Assembly (NCBI RefSeq): GCF_963921235.1
Contig: NC_086108.1
Span: 36,582,001-36,646,000, forward strand
From: Mobula hypostoma
Lineage: Eukaryota
DNA length: 64,000 nucleotides
Reading direction: 5' to 3'
In this document: piece after piece, positions 1 through 11,818 of the stretch
Layout of the letters: the number at the start of each line of letters is the position of its first letter
Position numbering within the stretch: position 1 is the first letter of the stretch
Notes under the pieces: generated by a model
The model's database searches: none
Seen by the model: only the letters and a program-made list of their open reading frames with translations
What the model was told of the DNA's origin: nothing
Translations under genes and position numbers: made by a program

Positions 1-706
1 ATAACAGTGCTCGGGTCAGAGAAGGCAAATATTCACCAAATGTGTTACTTTATCCTTTATCATTACTGTAGCAGTGTTCTTTCCATGTAAGTAATTGGTT
101 GTATTTGCAATGATCTTAAACAAAACTTCCTTTCCCTCTTGGGTATATATTTTTGAGACTCCCCTTTGTGCAGTATGGCTGCAAGGTGCCAGGAGTAATG
201 ATGATTTATGTTGTTTTGTAGCTGATACATGTTATTGAGGTCAAATTATACTTTGTCATATCCTCAGTCGTGTTCTGTTATGCTGCTGATGTGAAGCGTT
301 CAGTCAAAAGCAGTAGTTAAAATCAAAGCTGTTTAGGCCAACTTCAATTTTATAAACCTTCACTTATATTTAAACTGGGCCATGAAGAACAATCATTTAT
401 CATAGGCATTCACTTTGGCAAATACTTAAGTCAATGAAATAGCGCAGAGGCCCCTGGCAGTTCATAAAATTGAAGGGAAATGTAATTTTCGCTGTAAATG
501 ATTGGGGATGGGCATGGTGATGGTGAAGGTACAAAAAAGTCATCAAGCTCTTGGGTTGTTAACTTGAGGAAGAGAACCTCATCCTGCCCTAATTGCTTCT
601 GGTTTAATCACTGCAGTTCTGACTCCTTCAAATAATGGAAAGGTAGGATATTTTTATAATCTGTAAATATGTTTGCCCAAAGCTTGAGAAAACCCATCTG
701 GAGTTG

Positions 707-1645
707 GAATCATATAGTATGGAAATAGGTCCTTCAGTCCATTGAGTTTGTGCTGATCGTCAGCCACCCATTTACACTAATCCTATATTAAACCCATTTT
801 TTTATTTTCCCCATATTCTCATCAACAATTTCTATCATTTACCTATTACTTGGGAAATTTTACAGTCACCATTTAACCTACCAACCTGCACTTCTTTGGG
901 ATGTTGGGGAAACTGGATTTAATTTCAAGAGGAATAGAATATAAAAGCAAGGAGATAATGCTGAGCCTTTATAGGACACTAGTTTTGGGCCCCATATCTC
1001 AGGAAGGATGTGTTGTCATTAGAGAGAGTCCAGAGGAGGTTCATAAGGATGATTCTGGGAATGAAGGGGTTAACATATGAGACGTGCTTGGCAGCTTTGG
1101 GCCTGTACTCACTGGAATTTGGAAGAATGCTGGGGATCTCATTGAAACCTACCGAATGTCGAAATGACTGGATAGGGTGGATGTGGAGAGAATGTTTCCT
1201 ATGATGGGGGTATCCAGAACTAGAGGGCACAACCTCAAAATTGAGGGCGACCCTTTAGAACAGAGGTAAGGAGGATTTTTTTTTTTTAGCCTGAGAGTAG
1301 TGAATCTGTGGAATGCTCTGCCACAGACTGTGCTGGAGGCCAACTCTGTGGGTATACTTAAGGTGGAAGCTGATCGTTTCTGTCAAGGCATCAGTCAAGG
1401 CATCAAAGGATATGGCGAGAAGGCAGGTGTATGGGGTTGAGTGGGATCTGGGATCAGCCATGATGGAATGGCGGAGCAGACTTGGTGGGCTGAATGGCCG
1501 ATTCTGCTCCAATGTCTTATGGTCTTATGGTTGAAAGCAATTTGCCACAGGCAGGGTGTGCAAAGTCGACACCGACAGCGCTGGAGGTCAGGACTGAACC
1601 CAGGTTTCTGGCGCAGTGAGGCAGCAGCTACACTGGCAACCTGAA
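707..1645 (-). mobile_element. Degraded V-SINE (HE1-like), split by a CR1 fragment
   Basis: The reverse-complement V-domain (taacctaccaacctgcacttctttgggatg...aaactgga) stops at ~920 and resumes at ~1531, running into a tRNA-like head (gaacccaggtttctggcgcagtgaggcagcag). Confidence 0.6.
921..1530 (+). mobile_element. CR1-clade LINE, 3' fragment (decayed ORF2 C-terminus and 3' UTR)
   Basis: Translates to LERVQRRFIRMILGMKGLTYE..LGLYSLEFGRM. CR1 3' UTR (gggctgaatggcc..ctgctcc) with a TTATGGTC-type tail. Confidence 0.85.
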
Positions 1646-3114
1646 CTACCAAGAGGAAGTTGAAGCTCATGGTATTTGTACTCCTGAGTGCTACTTGCAG
1701 GCCAGGAGAGGCCCTGTCCCTCAGGCAGAACTTCTGCAGTTCTGGCCAACCTCCCTGCCTCCCCACTTCCGAGAGTCCTTACGAATCCTAATCCCTACAC
1801 CTTACTGATTGCCAATCCAAAATATCGCACTAATATGTATTGTTTGTCAGAGGCTTTCCAGCTGACCAGCCAGCCAGCCATCCCAGCAATCTGATAGCCT
1901 ACTGCACTGAAAAGAGGCTAAACAATCATAAAGGTTTTAACTTCTGGAATCTCACCCCAACCCCCACAACAGCCATGCTCCCTTACGTCCTGCTCCCTTG
2001 AGACAGCACAGGCAAGGCCATTTGTTCCATCATATCCATGCTGGCCCTGAACAAATTATTCACTTATCCTCATTCTCTTTCTCATTTCCTATAGTGGTCC
2101 TTTTTCAAGTTTATATCTTGACCCTTTATGAAAGTTGCTAATGAATCTGTTTCCACATCCCTCCAGGCAATGGAGTCTGATATGGAGGAACGTGCTTGAT
2201 GAAATAAGGTCTCTTAATCCCCTCTGGTTTCCTAAACCAATTATCTTGAATCACTGCCTTTTGGTTATAAACCCTCCTGCCATTAGAAACTTTCTTCTTA
2301 TTTACTCCGCGGAGTGCCCTTATAATGGTGAACACATTCCCTTAAATCTCCCGTAAACCTTTCTCTGCTCCAAGGAGAACAATGGTGTGGAAACCGTGGA
2401 AGCACTCATCTCTAACTGGCCATTTTTCTCTTCATTGTGCTCAGTGCATTTTTGTTATCCTGGTGTTCGAAGCAGAGTGTGGAACAGCTGAGCAGCCAAG
2501 GAAAACGGCTTTGATTGTAGGTTCTACTATGATTTCAAGCTGATCTTCACAGGTCATCAGATTTTTTTTAAAAAAGCAAAATATATTACAAATTTGCCCA
2601 TAAAAAGATGCAGAGTTATTTCAGCAACAGCTCTTATAATCTGGCATAGTGGGAGAAAAATAGTTTCCACCAAATTAGTGACAGTGCAGGCATGTACAAA
2701 CCCTATGCAAGATAGAAGACCCATTTCAATTTCTTCTGCAAAAAAAAGAGGAGTTTTTAAAAGGCTTACAGTTGTTTTAAACCCTGTGCTGCCCTGGAGA
2801 GATGCAGTTGGGTGCACTCGGCGGATAAGATGAATCAGTCAGATTTTCCACACTTCAAATTACTTTTTGATGGAACAACCAAATGCCTGATCTTATTTCA
2901 CACTCCTTCTAAAGTCTGTACTGATATAATAAGCTGATGTTTGTTAGTGCTGCAGTTGTATTGTTCCTCCTGCTCTGTTATTTCATTCAGACGTGGTCCA
3001 GCATCTTCTGTGCATCAGGACAATGTGAATTCGGCCCATCAAAATAAGACAAGCTCCACTTCATGATGTAGAACGCAATGTAGTAGATCATACCACAGAA
3101 GCAGAAATGCACAA

Positions 3115-3277
3115 AGCATGTCTCTGAGATGTGGAGGAAACTGGAGCACCAGGACAAAACCCATGGAGTCACAGAGGGAATGTGCAGACTGCATACAGAC
3201 AATGCCAGTTGTCAGTATTGAACCAGGGTGTCTGCTGCAGTGAGGCTGTGGCTGTACCTGCTGTGCCACTATTCCCT
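3115..3277 (-). mobile_element. V-SINE fragment
   Basis: Reverse complement of the V-domain core (gtggaggaaactggagcacc...aaaacccatg) followed by a tRNA-like head. Confidence 0.6.
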
Positions 3278-3853
3278 GGGCTTCAGAAGAGAGGACATTT
3301 CTGTCAGCTTTTGGGGCCACAGCATTAAGATATAGACTAAGACATTTACAGTCAGGTAGAAGAAGAGAATTTTCTTCATTGAGAAGGTGGTGAACTTGTG
3401 TGGAATTTTCTGCTGAAGGTGGTAGAGGTCAAATCACTGAATGCAGCCATCAGCCATCAAGTATCCATTTATACTAATCCCATTTTATTGTCTCCCTATC
3501 CCACTCATCTCCCCAGGTACTACCAAGTGATCAATCTATATGTCTGGAAACTGGAGCATCTGGGGGAAACCCATATGATCACAGGGAGAATGGACAAACC
3601 GTTACACAGACAATACTGGAGCCTAAGATTGAATCCAGAGACACAGGAGACTGCAAATGCTGGAATCTGGAGCAACAAAGCAACTCAGTGGGTCAAACAG
3701 CCTCTGCGGAAGGAAATAAATTATCGATGTTTCAGGTCGAAACCCTGCATTGGGAGTGAGAGTGGAGAGGTGATAGAGGAGAAGGGGAGCGGTGAGACAG
3801 GATTTTGAGTGATTGGTGGATTGAGGAAGGGTGTAAGATCACAGACAGGTAGT

Positions 3854-4201
3854 ACTTACTGTACTTACTGCCCATTAAGCTGTGGGTGTTAAGGGCAGCA
3901 ATGGAAGCCTTCCATTTTTGTTTGTCCATACAGTTGCATACAGATAGAGAAGGACTCTTCATTGCTGTTTCTAAAACACTTTTGTTTGACCAGTCAGCGT
4001 TGTTAGCCCTGAGCTGAACCTCTGAACCTGGAGGACTGGTGGACCAGTCTTAGAATGGTCTCCAGATGTTGACCTGTTTGGCATGGGTGATTCTACCAAG
4101 AGCCAAAGCACAGGCCCCTGACTCTAGCCAACACAGTTCTCCAGCTCACAGAGGCACACAAGCATTGAAATCCTATGACAATGTTGTGGTCTATTTGGAG
4201 G
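3854..4201 (-). mobile_element. Short bipartite RTE-derived non-autonomous retroelement (5' UTR-like part plus RTE 3' end)
   Basis: Perfect 13-bp TSD ACAGACAGGTAGT at 3841-3853 and 4202-4214. TAAG-type tail on the minus strand. Homologous to 47580-48533(+). Confidence 0.75.
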
Positions 4202-4331
4202 ACAGACAGGTAGTGTCAGGTAGGAAAGGTAATTGGAAATGGAGTGGGAAGTCTGTGGCCGGTGAATGGTTGATGGACGCAGACAAAGAGAGAGAAAAAA
4301 AATGATAAAAAGCAACAAATGGAGAAAGTCT

Positions 4332-4632
4332 GGGCTCCTCGGTAGCGTAACTGTTAGCAGGATGCTATCATGGCTCAGGGTGTTCCAGAATTCAGAGTTC
4401 AATTCCAGCACCATTCAGTAAGGAGTCTCTGTATGCCCTCCCCAGGGAATGTGCGGGTTTCCCCAGGTGCTCTGGTTTTCTCCCACAGTCCAAAGACATA
4501 CCAGGTGGGTGAATTGGTCATTGTAAATTGTCCCGTGATTAGGTCTGTGTGAATTGGGATTGTGGGGTTTCTGGGGCAACGTGGCTCGAACATCTGCAAG
4601 GACCTACTATGTATTACTAAATAAATAAATAA
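4332..4632 (+). mobile_element. V-SINE (HE1-like), near full length
   Basis: tRNA-like head (ggtagcgtaactgttagc...gagttcaattcc), V-domain (gggtttccccaggtgctctggttttctcccacagtccaaagac) and (TAAA)n tail. Confidence 0.8.
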
Positions 4633-4673
4633 TGTGGAGTGTGAACTGGGAGATATCTGCTGGAAGGAGATTA

Positions 4674-6088
4674 TTGAATTGAATTGACTTTATTTCTTAC
4701 ATCCTTCACATACATGAGGGGTAAAAATCTTTATGTTACGTCTCTGTCTAAATGTGCAATGTGCAATCATAGTAATTTATAATAAATAGAACAGTCAATG
4801 TAACATGGAAATACACTTATATTAACGTGAGTTAATCGGTGTGAAGGCCTGATGGAAGAAGCTGTCCTGGAGCCTGTTGGTCCTGGCTCTTATGCTGCGG
4901 TACTGTTTCCTGGATGGTAGCAGCTGGAATAGATGTGGTTGGGGTGACTCGGGTCCCCAATGATCTTTTGGCCCTTTTTACACACCTGTCCTTGTAAATA
5001 TCGTGAGTCATGGGAAATTCACAGCTACAGATGAACTGGTCTGTCTGCACCACTCTCTGCAGAATCCTGCGATTAAGTTCCCATACCAGGCAGAGATGCA
5101 GCCAGTCAGGATGCTCTCAATTGTGCCCTTGTACAAAGTTCTTAGGATCTGGGGGCCCATACCAAACTTCCTCAACCGTCAGAGGTGAAAGAGGCGCTGT
5201 TGTGTCTTTTTCACCACACAGTGTACAGACCATGTGAGGTCCTTGGTGATGTGGATGCCGAGGAACTGAAAGCTGTTTAACCTCTCAACCCCAGATCCAT
5301 CCATTGATGTCAATAGGGGTTAGCCCATCTTCATTCCTCCTGTAATCCATAATCCTTTGTTTTTGTGACATTGAGGGAGAGGTTGTTTTCTTGACACCAC
5401 TGTGTCAAAGAGATGACTTCTTCCCTGTGGACCACCTTGTTATTGTTTGAGATAAGGCCAATCAATGTAGAGTCACTGGCAAATTTATTAGCAGATTGGA
5501 GCTGTGAGTGACGATACAGTCATGGGTATACAGGGAGTAAAGGAGGGGACTTAGTACACAGCCCTGAGGGGCTCCTGTGTTGAGAGTCAGAGGGGTGGAG
5601 GTGAGGGAGCCCACTCTTATCACCTGCCAATGATCTGACAGGAAGTCCAGGTTCCAGGTGCATAAGGCAGGCTCAAGGCCGAGGTCTCTGAGCTTCCTGT
5701 TGAGCCTGGATGGAATTATGATGATGAATGCTGAACTGTAGTCCAAGAACAGCATTCTTACATAAGCATCCTTCTCCGGATGTGTAAGGACAGTATGTAG
5801 AGCAGTGACTATTGCATCGTCTGTTGATCGGTTGTGTCGGGAAGGTGAACTGTAGGGGGTCCAGTGTGGGTGGTAGCATGCTGCAGATGTAATCCTTGAC
5901 CAGCCTCTCAAAGCATTTGCTTATTATTGAGGTGATTGTGACAGGACACCAGTCGTTCAGGCATGTTACCTTGGTCTTTTTTGGTACAGGGGCAATGGTG
6001 GGTGATGTAAAGCAGAAGGGCACTCTCCACTGGGAGAGGGAGAGATTAAAAATGTCTGTGAATACACCTGCCAGTTGGGCTGTGCAGG
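4674..6088 (-). mobile_element. Rex1/Babar-clade LINE, 5'-truncated and decayed
   Basis: Minus-strand ORFs read [33 protein letters not shown] and [36 protein letters not shown]. (AATTC)n tail at ~4674-4685. Confidence 0.85.
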
Positions 6089-6509
6089 AATACAAGTGTT
6101 CGGAGAGGTGGATAAGGAAAAGTTAAGGAGGCAGGAATGGGAATCATTAAAGGAGAAGGGAAGAGATGAATGACAGGTGGAACCAGGTTGGGGGGGGTGG
6201 GATTTGTGCGTGAAGTGGGTAGATCGAAACAGAAAGGGGGCAAAGATGGGTGAAAAATGCTACAAAGCAGGGAGGGCTGGAGGATCAGAATGAGCGTGGG
6301 GGAGGGGAGGGGAGGATAAAAGTAAAAAGGGTGCAGGATTTACCTAAAATTGAAAAACTCGACTTCCGGGGTCGAGTATGGAGTGAGTTGGTGCGTGTGA
6401 GTGTGGCTCCCCATTTGTATTGAAAATCTACCTGTTTATCTTTGCCGTATGCTCGAGATAACTGGATACTTACCATTGTGAACAACGCGGGACATAGCTG
6501 GACATTGAA

Positions 6510-7410
6510 ATGGCAAGTAGAATGTACCTTCGAAGTAAAACTGGGGAAAAAGATAGTGAAGCCTCGAGCAAGAAGGCGGATGTTACAGTAATGTCGCCGT
6601 TGCACGCTGCTGGAGCTGGTCCTGGACCTGCGCTACCCGATGACTTGGAGAGGCTTCGTTTAGTACTTATTACTGACATGACGCAAGCGGTGCATTCTGC
6701 CCTAAAAAGAGAACTTGAAGATGCTTTATCACCAGTGAATGCTACCATGGAACAAATTATGTCTGCTTACGAGTCACACGACAAACGCATTCGTGGGGTT
6801 GAAGACGGCCTGAATGATTACAGTGACCGACTGGTGAGCGTCGAAGCCGCCATTGCAGAGCGAAAACGCAGTTCTGAAGGGAAAGCTAGATGACCTCGAA
6901 AATCGGTCACGGAGATCCAATTTGAGAGTGGCCGGCATTCCTGAAAATTTGGAAGGTTCGGACCCTGTTAAATTTATGACCGAGTTTTTTGACGAAGTGC
7001 TGGGGGCAGATTTTTTCCCAAGTCCTCTCGTACTTTCGCGTGCTCACCGAGTCGGACGTAAACCATCCGGTGTCTCTGGAGCCAAGCGAACGAGACCAAG
7101 AACGTTCCTGGTTTGCTTTCACTCCTTTCAAGATAAACAACGCATCATCAACAGACGGAAGCAGGAGCTGTATTTCCGCGGACACCGCGTGTTTTTTTAT
7201 GAAGATTTTAGTGCGGAGCTGGGTAAAAAACGAGCAGCTTTCAAGGAGGTGAAATCCCTGCTTTACGGGAAAGGGGTCAGGTTTGGCCTCTTGTATCCTG
7301 CCCAGTTCCGCGTCATGCATGAAGGTAAAAAGCATTATTTCCATACACCAGAGGCGGCCAAAGAGTTTCACCATTCGCGCTGGGGAGAAGAAGAACGAGA
7401 AGAGCAATGA
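6510..7410 (+). pseudogene. L1 ORF1p (coiled coil plus RRM/CTD), one frameshift near 6852
   Basis: Coiled-coil segment followed by LENRSRRSNLRVAGIPE...RAHRV...FYEDFS...LYPA, motifs typical of vertebrate L1 ORF1. Confidence 0.9.
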
Positions 7411-8014
7411 CTTTTTTTTAGGTTATTCGTGCAACATTGAAGGGGCCTCATGCCGAAGCAAACTGTTAATTTTCACAATCCACTTCTTTGTTCATTTTTT
7501 CCAGTTTAATTTGTGGAACGCGATCGGGTCGAACTGCTATGCTGCCGAAACTGATTAACAAAAACTTTCAACCAGCAAAATGTAAATATTTGGGATTTAT
7601 GTCTCGGGTGTTTAAGTTGCCCAGTGTGTTTTGTTTTGTTTTTAATGCTTAGCTTGACCTGTGTTATCTTTAGCCTATATGTTATATTAAAGGTAGTATA
7701 AGTGATAGGATAAATGTTGAGGGGAGCCACCCTGGATTAGATTGAAAGTTGGGTTGTATGGGGGACGCCTTGGAAGTTTTTTGTTGGGTACTGCCTGCGA
7801 TCATCCTCAATTGGGGAGGCAGATCTAGGCTTCGGGGGTTAATTGGGTTTTTTTGTTTGTGTAAAGAGGTGGGGGGAGTGTTTTGGGGGATTACCATGGC
7901 AGTTTATTCTTTTGTGTGTTACAGATTGATCAGACTTTCTTTTCATTGTGCGTTATTGTGTGCAATTTATACCCTCGCACTGTTTTGGATTGTAGGCCCT
8001 GTGTGTCTTTTGAT

Positions 8015-11000
8015 ATGGTTAACATGAGTGCAGCTGATGGAGGCCACCCTGTGAGGTTTATTTCTTGGAATGTAAAGGGGCTCAATGGTCCGGTTAAAAG
8101 AGCTAAAGTTTTCTCTCATCTGAAACAATTAAAAGCTGATATACTATTTCTACAAGAGACACATTTAAGAGTGGAGGACCATAATAGACTTCGTATAGCA
8201 TGGATTAGTCAGGTTTTTCATTCCAGATTTAATAGTAGGTCCAGGGGGGGTGGCAATATTAATCACCAAAAGAATGCAGTTCACACCATCTGATGTAATC
8301 AGTGACCCTAATGGTCGCTTTATTATAGTCTCTGGCTCTCTCTTTCAGATACCTGTTATTTTGGTAAATGTTTATGCTCCTAATTGGGACGATGTCCAAT
8401 TTGCAAATAGGGTTTTGTCATTAATACCTAACCTGAATACACATAAGCTAATCTTTTCCGGAGATTTGAACTGTGCTATTGACCCACTGCTTGATAGGTC
8501 TTGCCCTAGGGGAACATTTTCTGGTATGGCAAAGGCCTTCTCGATGTTTATGCGACAAAATGGTTATATGGATCCTTGGAGATTTTTGAATCCATCAGTT
8601 AGGCAATTCTCTTTCTTCTCTCATGTTCACCACTCCTATTCCAGGCTAGACTATTTCTTTATAGATAATTCCTTGATACCTATGATTAGACAAATTGAAT
8701 ACACTGCTATAGTTATATCTGATCACTCGCCTGTGAAACTGGACCTATGTTTTCCTTTAAACGTTAGAGAACGGCCTCTGTGGAGACTTAACCCCCTTTT
8801 GCTTTCTAATGAGAAATTTGTGGTTATATATCGGCTAACATTGACACATTCTTCGAGACTAACAAAACTGAGTCGGTATCCTACTGTTTACTTTGGGAAA
8901 CTTTAAAAGCTTACTTGAGGGGTCAAATAATATCTTGTACTTCACATGCCAATAAAGAGCGTAGGAAGGAAATGCAAGTGTTATTGAAATCTATTTGGGA
9001 CCTGGATAGAAAATACTCTGAGGCACCCACTGCGGAATTATATAAAAGCCGGGTTGATTTGCAAGCGAAGTTTAATCTTCCATCTACAAACCTATCAGAA
9101 CAATTAATTCTTAAGACACGTGGCCTCTATTATGAATATGGTGACAAGGCGAGCCGGCTTATGGCTCATCAGTTGAAACGTCAAGCTGCATCACGACTTA
9201 TTCCCCAGGTAAGAGACATGCACCAGAACTTGACAAGCAATCCAAAAGAGATTAATAACATCTTTGCAACTTTTTATTCCTCTCTGTATGCCTCAGAGTT
9301 CCCCTCAGATAAAACAAATATGGAATGTTTTTTAGATAATTTGGAAATACCAACTCTTGAACCAGAGGAAGTGGAGAACCTAGATCGGGCTCTTGGGCAG
9401 GAAGAGATTAATAATGCCATTATGGCTATGCAGAGTGGTAAGTCCCCAGGTCCTGATGGTTATCCAATAGAATTTTATAAGAAATTTAAGGATAAGCTCA
9501 CACCGGTCCTTCTAGAAGTGTTTCAGGAATCTTTGGAGAATGGCTCCTTACCCCCTTCTCTTTCACAGGCAGCTATTTCACTACTTCTTAAAAAGGACAA
9601 GGACCCGACTCAATGTGGATCATATCGCCTCATTTCACTTTTGAATGTAGATGTGAAAATTCTGGCTAAAGTGCTTGCATGTGGTTTAGAACATCCCCTT
9701 CCCAAGATAATTTCAGATGATCAAACAGGTTTTATTAAAAATCGCTATTCTTTTTTTAATATCCGTCGACTGGCTGATGTGGTTTATTCACTGAGTGATT
9801 CTCCAAGTCCAGAGGTTGTTATCGCCTTGGACGCGGAGAAGGCATTTGATAGAGTGGAATGGGTATACTTATTTAGTGTTTTGGAGAAATTTGTATTTGG
9901 CAGAATATTTATAGCTTGGGTTAAGCTATTATACCACTCGCCTTCAGCGTGTATACAGACAAAGTATTTTCGATCTGGCTATTTCCCATTAAAACGTGGC
10001 ACTCGCCAAGGCTGCCCACTGTCCCCTCTTCTTTTTGCAATTGCAATTGAGCCTCTTTCTATTGCAATTAAGTCAACTACATTATTTCAAGGTGTTATAA
10101 GAGGGGACATGGAACACCGTGTTTCCCTATATGCTGATGACCTCTTACTTTATGTTAGCGACCCTATAGGTAGTAGTCCTGCTATTGTGTCATTATTAGG
10201 TCAATTTGGAGCCTTCTCTGGCTATAAACTGAACTTTCAAAAAAGCAAATGCTTTCCCATTAATAACTTGGCCCTACAGATCCGACAGGAATCCTTGCCC
10301 TTTCCTTTATCTCAAGATGGTTTTGTATACCTAGGAATACATATTACTCGCTCTTTTACATCTCTGTTTGAAGCTAACTACAGACCTCAGGTTAGCCAAA
10401 TGAAGGCTGATTTCGAGAGATGGCGCAGTTTACCCCTTACTATAGCTGGGAGAATTCAGTCAGTGAAAATGACTATACTTCCTAGATTTCTCTATTTGTT
10501 TCAGTGTTTGCCAGTTTTCTTATCTAAGTTATTTTTTAAATCAGTTGATCAAGCTATAACCTCCTTTATTTGGGAAAATAAGGTCCCAAGGGTTAATAAG
10601 CGCATTCTTCAAAGAGGTCATGACATAGGTGGAATGGGTCTTCCCAGCTTTATTCATTATTACTGGGCATCGAACATTCAAAAAGTATTATTTTGGCTTC
10701 ACCGGCCAGATATAATCTGGTGCCTGCTTGAGTCACGATCTTGCCACTCCTCGTCTCTCCCAGCTTTGGTGTATTCTTCCTTACCATTGAAATCCTCTCA
10801 ATTCACATCTAACCCGGTCGTGCTCTCTACCCTCAAAATTTTTAATCAATTTCGCTGCCACTATAAGTTCATATCAGCTTCAGTTTTGGGCCCCATTCAT
10901 AAAAACCATTTATTTCCTCCCTCCACATTCGATTCAGCTTTTAGACAATGGGGTTTGAAAGGTCTTATGCGCATTAAGGATTTGTATACTGATAACATAT

Positions 11001-11818
11001 TTGATAGTTTTGATAACCTGTGCGGTAAGTATGGCCTTGCGCATAATCATTTTTTTAAATACCTGCAGATTCGCCACTTTGTCAAGGAAAAATTTCCCTC
11101 TTTTCCTGTTCTACCACCTGCTATGTTATGGGAAAAATTCACTCTTAGCTTTAACAATAAGGGGCTGATTTCTGAACTATACTCTCAGCTGATGTCTTTG
11201 GGAGTTCAAGATCTAAACAAAACTAAGAATAGGTGGGAGGATGACCTCGGTATGGACCTTGCGGAAGAATATTGGGCAAAAGTATTGAATAGGGTTCATT
11301 TCTCATCATCATGTGCTAGACTGGGGCTCATACAATTCAAAGTTTTACACAGGGTACATTTAAGTAAAGCCAGACTGGCAGACATATACCCTGGGACAGA
11401 CGCTGGCTGTGACAGGTGTTCCTTCTCTCCGGCTGGTTTAATACATGCATTTTGGTCATGCCCTCGGCTTGATGACTATTGGGCACTGGTTTTTAAAGTT
11501 ATCAGTGAGGTTTTGGGGGTGACACTGAGACCTTGCCCGCTTATAGCTGTATTTGGTGTGGCAGATGATGATTTGGGTTTAAATGCAAGCCAGTCGGATA
11601 TCATTGCATTTACATCGCTATTGGCCCGTAGGAGAATTTTGCTGGTTTGGAAATCTGCCACTCCCCCAACTGCTGCTGCTTGGTTAGAAGATGTAATGTT
11701 TTTTCTGAAATTAGAAAAGATTAAATTCACTTCCAGGGGGTCTGTGAAAAAGTTCTATTCGAAATGGGGACCTTTCTTATCATATTTTGGGAGTCTTAAG
11801 GAATTACCTACTAGTTGA
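8015..11818 (+). pseudogene. L1 ORF2p (APE endonuclease, RT, C-terminal CCHC), two frameshifts (~8244-8250 and ~8817)
   Basis: SWNVKGLN, LQETH, NVYAPN, GDLN, SRLDYF and SDH (endonuclease); [23 protein letters not shown] and LYADD (RT); CDRC-x8-H-x4-C. Confidence 0.95.

Noticed and set aside
4332..4420. tRNA gene
   Set aside because: Degenerate tRNA-like head continuous with the SINE V-domain and tail.
6907..7407. 166-aa antisense ORF over L1 ORF1
   Set aside because: Shadow ORF of a coding strand with no recognisable motif; no evidence that it is an ORF0-like product.
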